Below are positions 10,178 through 20,361 of a DNA stretch of 64,000 nucleotides, piece by piece. The position numbers were made by a program, and so were the translations under genes. This DNA is from Pseudomonadota bacterium (GTDB lineage: Bacteria > Pseudomonadota > Gammaproteobacteria > Burkholderiales > JABEVD01), in assembly GCA_021835845.1 (NCBI GenBank), contig JAKBJU010000001.1, positions 76,908 through 140,907 of the forward strand, in the 5' to 3' direction. Numbering within the stretch: position 1 is the stretch's first letter; each line of letters opens with the position of its first letter. The notes under the pieces were generated by a model that was not told where the DNA came from, did not search any database, and worked only from the letters and a program-made list of their open reading frames with translations.

Positions 10178-12459
10178 AACCAGTAGCGCCTGTTTACATT
10201 CCGCCAGGATGTCTCGCTTATCCCGGCGGAAGAAAAATTGAAAATCAGCGCCCCGTCCGAATCGGTTCTGAGTATCCTGCTTCCGGCATTCTCGTACAGC
10301 GATACCACCTCTGGTCTCGGATGGTTGAAGCGGTTCCTGTAGCCTGCCGAAAAAACCGCATAGCGCGGCGAAACCGCATGCGCGAAGTCCCTGGAGCTTC
10401 TTCCGCCATGGTGCGGCGCGATCAGGATATCGGATTGGAGATTATGTTTTTTCGCAAGACTTCCCTCTGCCCCTTTTTCGATGTCTCCGGTTATCAGGAT
10501 CGACCCTTCTCTGGAAGAAACCCTGAGAACACAGCTCCGCGCATTGCTGGTGATATTCGAGTTCGAGTAACTGGGCGCAAGCGGCCACAGTACCTCGAAG
10601 CGCACCTCGTCCCATATCCAGGATTGCCCCGAATGGCAGTGCAGATGGCTTGCCACGTGGGAGAGAACAGGATTGCCTTTGGGTAGCGAAGAAAGCATCC
10701 AGCCCACCGGGATCGAATCAAAAACCGAAATCGCGCCGCCGATATGATCCATGTCCTCATGGCTCAGGATAACGGCATCCAGTCTGTCGATGCCCGATCC
10801 TCTCAGGTACGGGACGATGATCCGGTTGCCGCTGTCGGCCTGGGGCGAGAAGGCTGGGCCGGCATCGAACAGCAGGGCATGGTGCTTCGTCTGCACAACG
10901 GCTGCTAGCCCCTGCCCGACATCGAGCACCGAAAGCCTCAAAAATTCCGGATTTGGCGGAAAAAACAGAAACAATGGGGCAAGACCAGAAAACCCGAGCC
11001 AGCGTACAGGAAACCCTCTGGGCAGCAATATCCAGGCTATCCCGAGTGCGGCCGTGATCAGCGTCCAGGATGGAGGGGCATGCTGCATCCAGACGGCTTC
11101 AGGAAGATCGCTCAACCTGACCAGAAACAGCATCAGAAGGGAAAAAATCTTGTGGGCCAAAAGGAACGGGGCGTCGAATGGCATTGCAGCCCCCAGAAGC
11201 GTCAGGGGAACCACCATGAAGCTGACCACCGGTATGGCAATCGCATTGGCAATCGGAGAGACCAGCGATATCTGCTGGAAAAATGCCAGGAGAACCGGAA
11301 TCAGCCCGATGGTAACCGCCCACTGGATCGATATCCAGGTTCGCAGCCAGTTCGCCAGTCTTATTCTCCCCGTTCCGACATACATGATGAGGGCAACCGC
11401 AATGAAGGAAAGCCAGAATCCGGGAGAGAGCACGGCCCACGGATCCAGGGCCGTCACGGCGAAAAGCGCCCAGCTCAGGATGATGGATGGGACCGCCATC
11501 CTTCCCGACCAGAGCGCGGCCGCGACCACGGCAAGCATGTAGACCGTACGCTGGGTCGGGATCGCATAGCCTGCCAGCAGCGCATAAACGAGCGCTGAAA
11601 GCGCGCCTGCGAGCGCCGCGACCTTCCTTGCGGGAAGTTTCAGGATTAGCGAGGGGCTGAGGCGCCATATCTTGTAGGCGAACCATGCAAAAAGCCCGGC
11701 GATCATCGTCACATGCAACCCCGATATGCTCATCAGGTGAATGACTCCGGTGCGCCTGAACACCTGCCAATCGCGTTCAGGAATCGCCTTCTGCTCCCCC
11801 ATCAGAAGCGCCGCGATCACGCCGGAGTAGGGAAAGCCGGGAAGGGCCGCATACACCCTGTCGCGCAACCGCTCCCTGGCGGCTTCGACAAAACTGGAAG
11901 GGAAGGCACTTGAGCCTCCCATCAGCGCCCCTTCCCGCACATATCCCGTCGCCCTGATTCCCCGCTCGAGAAGCCAGGCCTCGTAATCGAAGCCATAGGG
12001 ATTGGCATTGCCGTGAGGGCGCCTGAGCCTGACCTTGAAGCGCCAGCGCTCGCCCGGATGGACATTCACCCGATCCGCCCCGAAATACCGGCTCAGCATG
12101 ATTTTCCGTGGCACGAAGGCGCCGGGCGTTTCGATGCTTTCGACATCGAATGAGAAAGACTGTCCCTTTTCACTGGATCTTGGAAGTTCGGCGACAAGCC
12201 CGACAATATCGATGTCGCGCCCCTCCCACGCTGCAGGCAATGCATCAGATAATCTGATCTGCGCAAAAATTGCAGCATAAAAGAATCCTGCCAGCAGGAA
12301 AAACCCCTTCAGCATTATCTCATGGGGGAATCGCCGCGGAATCAGCATTGCCGCGACAAAAAGAGGCGGCAGCACGAGCTCCCATTCCATTGCAGGAAGA
12401 CTTGCCTGATGCTGCAGAATCGCCGCACCCGCCACGAAAAACAGCAGATTAAGCCGCAT
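10165..12459 (-). CDS. comEC: DNA internalization-related competence protein ComEC/Rec2
   Basis: 764 aa with an N-terminal OB-like region, a polytopic competence domain and a C-terminal metallo-beta-lactamase domain (LSHEDMDHIGG). Confidence 0.85.
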   Translation of the reverse strand: MRLNLLFFVAGAAILQHQASLPAMEWELVLPPLFVAAMLIPRRFPHEIMLKGFFLLAGFFYAAIFAQIRLSDALPAAWEGRDIDIVGLVAELPRSSEKGQSFSFDVESIETPGAFVPRKIMLSRYFGADRVNVHPGERWRFKVRLRRPHGNANPYGFDYEAWLLERGIRATGYVREGALMGGSSAFPSSFVEAARERLRDRVYAALPGFPYSGVIAALLMGEQKAIPERDWQVFRRTGVIHLMSISGLHVTMIAGLFAWFAYKIWRLSPSLILKLPARKVAALAGALSALVYALLAGYAIPTQRTVYMLAVVAAALWSGRMAVPSIILSWALFAVTALDPWAVLSPGFWLSFIAVALIMYVGTGRIRLANWLRTWISIQWAVTIGLIPVLLAFFQQISLVSPIANAIAIPVVSFMVVPLTLLGAAMPFDAPFLLAHKIFSLLMLFLVRLSDLPEAVWMQHAPPSWTLITAALGIAWILLPRGFPVRWLGFSGLAPLFLFFPPNPEFLRLSVLDVGQGLAAVVQTKHHALLFDAGPAFSPQADSGNRIIVPYLRGSGIDRLDAVILSHEDMDHIGGAISVFDSIPVGWMLSSLPKGNPVLSHVASHLHCHSGQSWIWDEVRFEVLWPLAPSYSNSNITSNARSCVLRVSSREGSILITGDIEKGAEGSLAKKHNLQSDILIAPHHGGRSSRDFAHAVSPRYAVFSAGYRNRFNHPRPEVVSLYENAGSRILRTDSDGALIFNFSSAGISETSWRNVNRRYWFQEK

Positions 12460-14950
12460 TGCGGGCCTTGAAAATCTCGAACCAGATGACGCTCAGGGTG
12501 CCGACGGCGATGCTCGACAGAACATCGCCAAAGCCCAGGCTCGAAAACCCGAAAAGGCCATGAAAGAAGGGCAGATAGATCACCAGCATGAGCGCGACCG
12601 CAGCCCCCATTAGCACCAGCCACAACAGCGGATTCGGTTTTTTCAGGCCGGAAATGATGGACTCCGATCCGGACCGGCTCACCAGGATCAAACCAAGGTT
12701 GGAAAAGACCAGGGTGCTGAAAGCGACCGTCCTTGCATGAAATTCGCCATGAGGGAGCGCTACGACATAGACGACGAGCATCGCTGCCAGGACGACGCTA
12801 CCCTGAAGCAGGCTCAGAGCCACCGTCTTCCACTCTAGAATGGGGGCGTCGCTCTTTCTCGGCGGCATTTGCATGAGATGCGCATCGGCGGGCTCGGCTT
12901 CGAAAACGAGCGAGCATACCGGATCGATGATGAGCTGGAGGAAAGCGATATGGACCGGATAAAAAAGCAGCGGCCAGTTCATGAATACCGGGATGAGGGA
13001 CATTCCCGCGATGGGGACATGCACGGCCAGGCTGAAGGAAAAAGCCCTGGTCAGATTCGCGTAGATCCGCCTGCCAAGCTTCACGGCATGCACGATGGAG
13101 GAAAAGTCGTCGTCGAGAAGAACCAGGGACGCTGCTTCCCTGGCGACGTCCGTGCCACGCTTTCCCATCGCGATGCCGATATGGGCAGCTTTCAGGGCAG
13201 GAGCGTCGTTCACGCCATCCCCGGTCATCGCGACGACTTCGCCGCATCGGCGCAAGGCGTTCACGATCTTGAACTTCTGCAAGGGGACGACTCTGGCGAA
13301 AATATCCGTTCTGGCAGCAACGCGAATGAGTTCTTCCTCATCCATTTCCTCGATCTCGGGGCCTGTGACCGTCTCCGTGCCGAGCCCGATGCGACGACCG
13401 ACGGCCTGCGCAGTCAGGGGGTTGTCGCCTGTCATCATCGCGACACGTATTCCTGCCCTCCGGCATTCCTGCACAGCTGACGGCACCCCTTCCCGCACAG
13501 GATCGATCAGGCCAACCAGTCCGGCAAGCTCGAATTCGAAATCGTGCTGGATTTGCGGCCAGGATTTGCCGTTGTATCGCGCATGGGCAACGCCCAGGAC
13601 GCGCAGGCCGTCTCTCGCCATCCTTGCAACTTCCTCGGAATGCACGGCAAGCGCTTTCTCATCTAGATGGCAAAGATTGAATATCGCTTCAGGCGAGCCT
13701 TTAGCGGCCACGACATGCTCCTCCCTGCCCTTGGATTGCCAGACATGCGACATCGCAAGCAGTTCGGGAGAAAGCGGATACTCTTGAACGATCTCCCAAT
13801 CCTCATGGAGATGTTCGGTCATGGAGGGAAAACGCTTCCCCAAGTCATGAAATGCCTTTTCCATGGGATCGAAGGGATCGACTTCGCTGGCAAGGATGCC
13901 GTATTCCAGAAGTTCGTGAAATGCTTCCGGCAGGTCTTCCAAGGCACCGGTTTCCAGAAATTCTCCGTCCGCGCAAAGCGTTGCGACTGACATGCGGTTT
14001 TCAGTCAATGTTCCGGTCTTGTCGACGCAAAGCACGCTTGCCGCCCCCAGCGTCTCCACTGCGGGAAGCCGTCGCGTCAGGACGTTGTTGCGTGCAATGC
14101 GCCATGCGCCGAGAGCAAGGAAGACCGTGAGCACCACTGGAAACTCCTCGGGCAGAATGGCCATCGCCATGGTGATCCCCGCAAGCAAACCCTCAAGCCA
14201 TGCACCGTGCATCCAGCCATAGGATGCGACAAGCAGGATAAAGAGCGCAGCGGACAGCAGCGCAAGATTTCTGACCAGCAGCGCAATCTCTTTCTGCAGC
14301 GGCGTCTTTTCTGTTTCGAAGGATCGGATTGCCAGACCTATCCTGCCCATCTCGCTGTTCATCCCTGTTGCGAGCACGCTTGCAATACCTTTTCCCTGGG
14401 TCACCATCGTCCCGGCATAAACGAAAGGCAGCCCTTCCCCCCCGGGTTTTGCAGTCTCGAAACCCGCCCCCTTGAAAGGCATTTTCCTGACAGGAACGGA
14501 TTCCCCGGTGAGCAGCGATTCGTCAGCCGAAAAGTCGTTGCATTCAAGGAGCACCGCGTCCGCCGGAATGCGGTCCCCTTCCGACAAAAGCAGGATATCC
14601 TCCCGCACCACCTCCCTTCCCGCAATTCTGAGCGCTTGGCCATCCCGGATCACGTTCGCCCGCGGGCTCGTCAAGTCGCGCAACGCCTCCAGCACTCTTT
14701 CAGTCTTGTTTTCCTGATAGATGGTGATCCCCATCACCACGAAAACGAAAAAAAGCAGCGCAAGGGCTTCGCCGATGTCCCCAAGAACGGAATAGATGAT
14801 GCCAGCCGAGACCAACAGCAGGAACATGGGTTCCAGGGCGACATCGCGCGCAATCGCCAGGAAACCTCGCTTCTTCCCGGGCGAAAAATCGTTGAACCCG
14901 TCCAGCCGGAGTCTCCTTTCTGCCTCGGCAAGGCTCAATCCCGCGTGCAT
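12449..14950 (-). CDS. Cation-translocating P-type ATPase (E1-E2, P2-like)
   Basis: DKTGTLT phosphorylation site, MTGDNPLTA, and GDGVNDAPALKAAHIGIAMG. An N-terminal Cation_ATPase_N-like LSLAEAERRL is present. Overlaps the comEC start by 11 nt. Confidence 0.9.
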   Translation of the reverse strand: MHAGLSLAEAERRLRLDGFNDFSPGKKRGFLAIARDVALEPMFLLLVSAGIIYSVLGDIGEALALLFFVFVVMGITIYQENKTERVLEALRDLTSPRANVIRDGQALRIAGREVVREDILLLSEGDRIPADAVLLECNDFSADESLLTGESVPVRKMPFKGAGFETAKPGGEGLPFVYAGTMVTQGKGIASVLATGMNSEMGRIGLAIRSFETEKTPLQKEIALLVRNLALLSAALFILLVASYGWMHGAWLEGLLAGITMAMAILPEEFPVVLTVFLALGAWRIARNNVLTRRLPAVETLGAASVLCVDKTGTLTENRMSVATLCADGEFLETGALEDLPEAFHELLEYGILASEVDPFDPMEKAFHDLGKRFPSMTEHLHEDWEIVQEYPLSPELLAMSHVWQSKGREEHVVAAKGSPEAIFNLCHLDEKALAVHSEEVARMARDGLRVLGVAHARYNGKSWPQIQHDFEFELAGLVGLIDPVREGVPSAVQECRRAGIRVAMMTGDNPLTAQAVGRRIGLGTETVTGPEIEEMDEEELIRVAARTDIFARVVPLQKFKIVNALRRCGEVVAMTGDGVNDAPALKAAHIGIAMGKRGTDVAREAASLVLLDDDFSSIVHAVKLGRRIYANLTRAFSFSLAVHVPIAGMSLIPVFMNWPLLFYPVHIAFLQLIIDPVCSLVFEAEPADAHLMQMPPRKSDAPILEWKTVALSLLQGSVVLAAMLVVYVVALPHGEFHARTVAFSTLVFSNLGLILVSRSGSESIISGLKKPNPLLWLVLMGAAVALMLVIYLPFFHGLFGFSSLGFGDVLSSIAVGTLSVIWFEIFKARNAA

Positions 14951-14976
14951 TTTCCCTCCGTTTCTGGCACCCTAAG

Positions 14977-15011
14977 AAAACTATAGCGCATCGCATTGAC
15001 AATATAGTTTT
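14977..15011. promoter_or_regulatory. 9-bp perfect inverted repeat (AAAACTATA-N17-TATAGTTTT), candidate MarR/EmrR operator
   Basis: Read directly in the divergent ATPase/emrR intergenic region. The right arm lies in the spacer of the predicted emrR promoter. Confidence 0.45.
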
Positions 15012-15023
15012 GCACGTTACAAT
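14996..15023 (+). promoter_or_regulatory. Sigma70-type promoter of the emrR efflux operon
   Basis: TTGACA-16 nt-TACAAT, about 28 nt upstream of the emrR ATG. Confidence 0.5.
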
Positions 15024-15050
15024 AAACCGGTGAACTAGATTTCCCCTGCC

Positions 15051-15569
15051 ATGACGTCATCCTTTCAGCCATTCGAAGACCGAATAAGCCATTTCGCCGG
15101 TCAGCATCCCGATGCGCCGAAGCGGGAACTCATCCTGAGCCGCCTGTATTTCCATGTCTTCAAGGAACTCAACGACAGGCAGAACCTCTACCTGAGCCGG
15201 TTCGGACTCAACAGTTCGAGCTGGTTCACGCTCGTCATGATCTATTCGACGCCGGAAAATGCCATCAATCCGTGCAGTCTGAGCGATGCCATGGTTTCGT
15301 CCAGAACGAACATTACCCGGCTCTCCGACGAACTCGTCGATAAGGGCTGGGTCGAGCGCAAGCCAAGCCGCGAAGATCGTAGAAAGATAGTGCTTTCCCT
15401 GACGACAGGTGGGCGGGAACTAGTCGAGTCCGTCCTTCCCCATCAATGGAATTACTACAGAGAATTATGGTCCGGTTTCGATGCCGGCGAAATCGAACGA
15501 TTCGAATTTCTGCTGCGCAAGCTGCTCGGGCGCATAGACGAATCCATAGAGAAGCCATGCGGGCAATAG
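15051..15569 (+). CDS. emrR: MarR-family transcriptional repressor (EmrR/MprA-like)
   Basis: 172 aa, colinear with E. coli EmrR (..SSRTNITRLSDELVDKGWVERKPSREDRRKIVLSLT..). Positioned first in the efflux operon. Confidence 0.8.
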   Translation: MTSSFQPFEDRISHFAGQHPDAPKRELILSRLYFHVFKELNDRQNLYLSRFGLNSSSWFTLVMIYSTPENAINPCSLSDAMVSSRTNITRLSDELVDKGWVERKPSREDRRKIVLSLTTGGRELVESVLPHQWNYYRELWSGFDAGEIERFEFLLRKLLGRIDESIEKPCGQ

Positions 15570-16951
15570 CTGCGATACTCACCTGCACGCTGCTTTGCGG
15601 TTGTGCGGATTTCTCCCGGTTTCACCCGGAATCCAAGCCGCTCGCCATCAAGAAACCTTCTCCGAAATTCGCCATCGATACGAAATGGTGGGCGATATTC
15701 AGGGACGATCAGCTCGACGCCCTGATCGAGGAAGCGCTCGCGAATTCGCCGGACATAAAGATTGCGCAGGCCCGCATCAGGCTGGCCAGGAGCGAGGCCG
15801 GCATAGCTGACGCACAGCGCTATCCCCAACTCAATGTCGATGGCTCCGCAGTCCGGGAAAGGATGAGCGCCACAGGATACTTTCCTCCGCCTCTGGGCGG
15901 AAGCACCTTGAATTTCGGTCAATTGGCGCTGGATTTCGATTATGATTTCGACTGGTGGGGAAAGAACCGGGCCGCACTGAATGCGGCATTGAGCGAAGCC
16001 AGTGCCGAGGAAGCAGAGGCGATAGAAACCCGGCTCATCTTGGGCACCGCAATTGCGCAAAGTTATTTCATGCTTCAATCCAATCTGGCAAAACTCGACA
16101 TCTCCAAACATATCCTGCAAGAACAGGAAGCGCTGCTTCGCCTTGCCAAATTTCGCGCAAGCAACGGCATCGAATCGGACTACCGGGTAAGCCAGGAAGA
16201 AAGCAATGTGGCGAAGAGCAGGCTCGATGTTTCAAGAATCGAGGAAGCCGTCAAACTGGGCAGGGCTCAGATTGCTGCGCTGCTGGGCAAGGCTCGGGAA
16301 AGCGGGGACGCCATTTTGCCCAGGATCGATCCGCCGCCGCAGATTCCTGCTTCCATTCCCGCAGATCTGATCGGCATGCGCCCCGACATCATGGCGCAGC
16401 GTTATAGAATCGAAGCCACGACAAACCAGATCACTGTAGCAAAGGCGGAATTCTATCCCAATATCGACCTCCAGGCTTACGCCGGCGTGCAAAGCATCGG
16501 GTTCGGCAGTCTGTTGAAAAGCGGCAGCGAAATCACCTCATTCGGGCCGGCCATTCATCTTCCCATATTCAACGCAGGCATGCTGAAGTCAAATCTGGGC
16601 GCGAAATATGCGGAGTACGACATCGCCGTGGAAGGATACAACCGGATGGTCATCAATGCGATGCGCGACGTCTCGCAGGCCTCGACCTCGCTGCAATCGC
16701 TCATCACCCAGATTTCCGCACAGAACGAGCTGATCGAAGGGCTTGAGAAAGCCCATAAGATAGCGTTCTCACGCTACCGGGAAGGACTGGCAGATGCGCT
16801 TTCCGTCATCGAGGCAGAAACGCCCCTGCTTTCCCAGCGAAACATCAAGACCGATCTTGACGAAATGCGGATGGAGACCATCCTTCAAATGATCAAATCT
16901 CTGGGAGGCGCCCCCATGCCGGGGGGGGCCACCCGATCGAATCCGGGGTAA
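15557..16951 (+). CDS. Efflux outer-membrane factor lipoprotein (NodT family)
   Basis: Start trimmed to MRAIAAILTCTLLCGC (lipobox LLCGC), overlapping the emrR end. Two OEP-type repeats are present. Confidence 0.85.
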   Translation: MRAIAAILTCTLLCGCADFSRFHPESKPLAIKKPSPKFAIDTKWWAIFRDDQLDALIEEALANSPDIKIAQARIRLARSEAGIADAQRYPQLNVDGSAVRERMSATGYFPPPLGGSTLNFGQLALDFDYDFDWWGKNRAALNAALSEASAEEAEAIETRLILGTAIAQSYFMLQSNLAKLDISKHILQEQEALLRLAKFRASNGIESDYRVSQEESNVAKSRLDVSRIEEAVKLGRAQIAALLGKARESGDAILPRIDPPPQIPASIPADLIGMRPDIMAQRYRIEATTNQITVAKAEFYPNIDLQAYAGVQSIGFGSLLKSGSEITSFGPAIHLPIFNAGMLKSNLGAKYAEYDIAVEGYNRMVINAMRDVSQASTSLQSLITQISAQNELIEGLEKAHKIAFSRYREGLADALSVIEAETPLLSQRNIKTDLDEMRMETILQMIKSLGGAPMPGGATRSNPG

Positions 16952-16954
16952 CCA

Positions 16955-18088
16955 ATGGAAGACAACGGTGTAAAGCGCAAACATATGCTGCTCGGTCTCG
17001 GTTCGCTTTTCCTCGTCGCAGGAATAGCCTACACGATCTACTGGTTCAGCTACGGGCAATACTACCAGGACACTGACGATGCCTACGTTTCCGGAAATCT
17101 GGTGCAACTGATGCCGCAGATCACCGGCAATGTCGTTTCCGTCTATGCCGACGATACCGCACTGGCGAAAGCCGGACAGACTCTCGTGACGCTCGATGGC
17201 ACGGATGCCCAGCTTGCCCTGCAAAATGCACAAACCGAACTTGCCGAAACAGTGCGCAGCGTCAAACAGCTCTATGCCGCAGCAGGGGAGCTGAGATCAG
17301 TCGTCAACGAAAAGCAGACGGTGCTCGAAAAAGCAAAAACCGATCTTGATCGCCGCAACAGACTGATTCTCCAGCATGCAATATCGAAAGAAGAATTGCA
17401 GCATTCGAAAGACAATGTCGCCATCGCAGAATCTTCCCTGGCTTCAGCCGAGCACAAACTGGTAGCCGCACTGTCCGCAGTCGAAAATACCACGCTCGCC
17501 ACCCATCCTGCCGTTCTGAAGGCGGAAACCCGGGTAAGGCAGGCTTGGCTCGATACCGTGCGCACTTCGATCAAGGCGCCTGCAACAGGCTATATCGCAA
17601 AGCGCTCGGTTCAGATCGGGCAACGCGTAAGCCCCGGATCCGCCCTGATGGTCATCGTTCCGCTCAATGAAATCTGGGTCGATGCGAATTTCAAGGAAAA
17701 CCAGCTGCGTCATATCAGGATCGGCCAACCTGCCACGCTCACCTCCGACCTCTACGGCAGAACTGTCGTATTCCACGGCAAAGTCGCAGGCCTCGGTGCC
17801 GGAACCGGCAGCGTCTTTTCACTCCTCCCCGCGCAGAACGCCACCGGGAACTGGATCAAGGTCATACAGCGGCTGCCCGTGAGAATCAAACTCGACCCCA
17901 ACGAAGTCGCCCAGCATCCGTTGCGAATCGGCCTGTCCATGGTGGCGAAAATTGATACCCATGACGAAAGCGGCGCAGTGCTCTCCAAAGTACCGCAGGA
18001 TGAACCCGTCTATTCGACATCGGTGTTCGAGAACAGGAACGACGAGGTCGAGCGCATGATCGGCAAAATACTGCAGGACAATGACTGA
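16955..18088 (+). CDS. emrA: Multidrug efflux membrane-fusion protein (HlyD/EmrA family)
   Basis: N-terminal TM helix, coiled-coil segment and a beta-barrel region (GNWIKVIQRLPVRI). Confidence 0.85.
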   Translation: MEDNGVKRKHMLLGLGSLFLVAGIAYTIYWFSYGQYYQDTDDAYVSGNLVQLMPQITGNVVSVYADDTALAKAGQTLVTLDGTDAQLALQNAQTELAETVRSVKQLYAAAGELRSVVNEKQTVLEKAKTDLDRRNRLILQHAISKEELQHSKDNVAIAESSLASAEHKLVAALSAVENTTLATHPAVLKAETRVRQAWLDTVRTSIKAPATGYIAKRSVQIGQRVSPGSALMVIVPLNEIWVDANFKENQLRHIRIGQPATLTSDLYGRTVVFHGKVAGLGAGTGSVFSLLPAQNATGNWIKVIQRLPVRIKLDPNEVAQHPLRIGLSMVAKIDTHDESGAVLSKVPQDEPVYSTSVFENRNDEVERMIGKILQDND

Positions 18089-19625
18089 AATGAGTCAGCA
18101 GCCCCCGATTACGGGAGCTTCGCTCGCCCTTCTGACGCTCTCGCTTTCTCTTGCGACCTTCATGCAGGTGCTCGACACCTCGATCGCCAATGTCTCGATA
18201 CCCACCATTGCAGGCGATCTCGCGGTAAGCCCGAATCAGGGAACCTGGGTCATCACTTCCTTCGCTGTCAGCAATGCCATTGCCTTGCCGCTCTCCGGCT
18301 GGCTCGCAAAACGCTTCGGTGAAGTGAGGCTGTTCTTATCCGCAACCCTGCTCTTCACCCTCGCCTCCATGCTCTGCGGCCTCTCATCCAGCCTGCCCAT
18401 GCTGGTCATCTTCCGCATTTTTCAGGGAGCTGTGGCAGGACCGATGATCCCGCTCTCGCAAAGTTTGCTGCTCGCGAATTATCCCCATGAAAAAAAGGGG
18501 CTCGCGCTCGCACTCTGGTCGATGACCGTCGTTCTCGCTCCCATATTCGGCCCCATACTGGGCGGCTACATCACCGACAATTTAAGCTGGCCCTGGATTT
18601 TTTACATCAACATCCCGGTCGGATTGATGGCAAGCTATATCACTTGGCAACTGCTGAAAAGCCGCGAGACAGCGACACTCAAGCTCCCGATTGATGCAGT
18701 CGGCCTAATCCTGCTCGTGATAGGCGTCGGCAGCCTGCAACTGCTTCTCGACAAGGGAAACGAACTTGACTGGTTCAATTCCGATTTCATCTCCATTCTG
18801 GCCGTCATCGCGACAATCTGCCTTTCCTTCTTCATCGTATGGGAGATCACCGAACGCCATCCGGTAGTCGACCTTTCCCTCTTCAGGGAAAGAAATTTCT
18901 CGATAGGAACGATTTCGATCAGCCTGGGCTACATGACATTCTTCTCTGGCGTGGTGGTCTATCCGCTCTGGCTGCAGACCCAGATGGGCTATACCGCGAC
19001 CTGGGCAGGGCTTTCCGCTGCGCCCATCGGGGTTCTCTCGGTCATTCTTTCTCCCATAGTCGGAAAAAACTTGCACAGAATCGACCTGCGCATGCTGGCA
19101 AGCTTCAGTTTTCTGGTTTTTGCGGCGATCACTTTCTGGGCGTCATCCTTCAACACGAATGCGTCCTTCTGGCAACTCACCCTCCCCCGCTTGTTCCAGG
19201 GTATCGGCATGGCCACTTTCTTCATTCCCCTCATGTCCATTCTGCTCTCCGGACTGCCGCCCAATCGGGTGGCAAGCGCCTCAGGACTTTCGAATTTCCT
19301 GCGGGTTCTGGGGGGAAGCTTCGGCACCTCCCTCAGCATCGCACTATGGGACAGAAGAGAATCACTCCACCACAGCCAGCTCACCGAAAACATTTCGATT
19401 TCGGATCACGTGACGAGTCATGCGCTGGAGAACCTTCATTCGCTGGGCCTTGCCCGCATGCCGTCGCTGGCAATCCTCGAAAGTTCGGTCAGCAGCCAGT
19501 CCTACATGCTCGCCGTCAACGACATATTCATCGCATCTTCCTGGATATTCCTGGGATTAATGCTCTTCGTCTGGCTTGCCCGCCCGCCTTTTTCTGCCGG
19601 GAAGGCGCCTGGCGGCGAACATTGA
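18081..19625 (+). CDS. emrB: DHA2-family MFS multidrug efflux permease
   Basis: 514 aa, colinear with E. coli EmrB (LSLATFMQVLDTSIANVSIPTIAGDL ... ARPPFSAG). Overlaps the emrA stop. Confidence 0.9.
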   Translation: MTEMSQQPPITGASLALLTLSLSLATFMQVLDTSIANVSIPTIAGDLAVSPNQGTWVITSFAVSNAIALPLSGWLAKRFGEVRLFLSATLLFTLASMLCGLSSSLPMLVIFRIFQGAVAGPMIPLSQSLLLANYPHEKKGLALALWSMTVVLAPIFGPILGGYITDNLSWPWIFYINIPVGLMASYITWQLLKSRETATLKLPIDAVGLILLVIGVGSLQLLLDKGNELDWFNSDFISILAVIATICLSFFIVWEITERHPVVDLSLFRERNFSIGTISISLGYMTFFSGVVVYPLWLQTQMGYTATWAGLSAAPIGVLSVILSPIVGKNLHRIDLRMLASFSFLVFAAITFWASSFNTNASFWQLTLPRLFQGIGMATFFIPLMSILLSGLPPNRVASASGLSNFLRVLGGSFGTSLSIALWDRRESLHHSQLTENISISDHVTSHALENLHSLGLARMPSLAILESSVSSQSYMLAVNDIFIASSWIFLGLMLFVWLARPPFSAGKAPGGEH

Positions 19626-19684
19626 ATTTGTATATCAGCGATTCTTGATGCACAATCCATGTATTTGATGCGTTAGGAGAAATC

Positions 19685-19906
19685 ATGCCCTATTTCGTGT
19701 ACAGAATTGAAGCCCTCCCGATCAAACAGCTCAAGAAGCTCGACGCATTTGAAGCATTCAGGGATGCGAGCAGCTATGCCAAGGAAGTGCGCAGCGATCT
19801 TCCAGCCAATACGCTGATCAAGGTCATTTTCGCAGAAAACGAATTGCAGGCCGAAGACCTGCTCTGCACCGTGAGAGAAGCGAAAATCACAGGCGACGAT
19901 GACTGA
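19685..19906 (+). CDS. Hypothetical small protein (73 aa)
   Basis: AGGAG SD 5 nt upstream. Its stop lies 2 nt before the next ATG. No family recognised. Confidence 0.55.
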   Translation: MPYFVYRIEALPIKQLKKLDAFEAFRDASSYAKEVRSDLPANTLIKVIFAENELQAEDLLCTVREAKITGDDD

Positions 19907-19908
19907 TC

Positions 19909-20361
19909 ATGCTGAACGAGGGGGCCTACGAAAACATCCGCAGGGAAATAACCCGCTGCGACTGCCCCTTTGAAAAAGCCATCCTCAGCACTTGCTGCGC
20001 ATGCTCCCTCGCGCGCAAGCACCATGTCGCAGAACGCGAAGCAGTATCGTGCAGCGCAGCACCGGCTCATGAGACTTGCCGCAAACTGCACGATCTGCTG
20101 CGGGAAAAGGCGCTTTTCGCGCTGAAGCTTCCTCACCATCAGGAAAAGCTCCCGCATGCCAAGGAAATGAAAATTCAGTGCGGCGGCCTCATGGGCATGG
20201 CACTGATGGTTGGCCAGCCAGATATTGAACGACCTTTCGTACGGGACGTGCGCGCGCTGGTGGAACAGGCGATTGCAAATTCGGGGGCTATCGAGACCCT
20301 GCCCTATTCCGAAATTGTCAAATCGATCGCCGCCTTCGAGGGACGGCACAGGCATCAATGA
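19909..20361 (+). CDS. Hypothetical Cys-rich protein (150 aa)
   Basis: Translationally coupled to the 73-aa ORF. Seven Cys in the first 57 residues (RCDCP, STCCACS, SCS, ETCR). Confidence 0.5.
   Translation: MLNEGAYENIRREITRCDCPFEKAILSTCCACSLARKHHVAEREAVSCSAAPAHETCRKLHDLLREKALFALKLPHHQEKLPHAKEMKIQCGGLMGMALMVGQPDIERPFVRDVRALVEQAIANSGAIETLPYSEIVKSIAAFEGRHRHQ

Noticed and set aside
16921-16928. G8 homopolymer in the last ten codons of the OMF gene. Also a C8/G8 run at 25030-25037 just upstream of the rmuC ATG.
   Set aside because: The first would only alter the extreme C-terminal tail. The second probably just serves as a G-rich ribosome-binding site. There is no evidence of variability from a single sequence.
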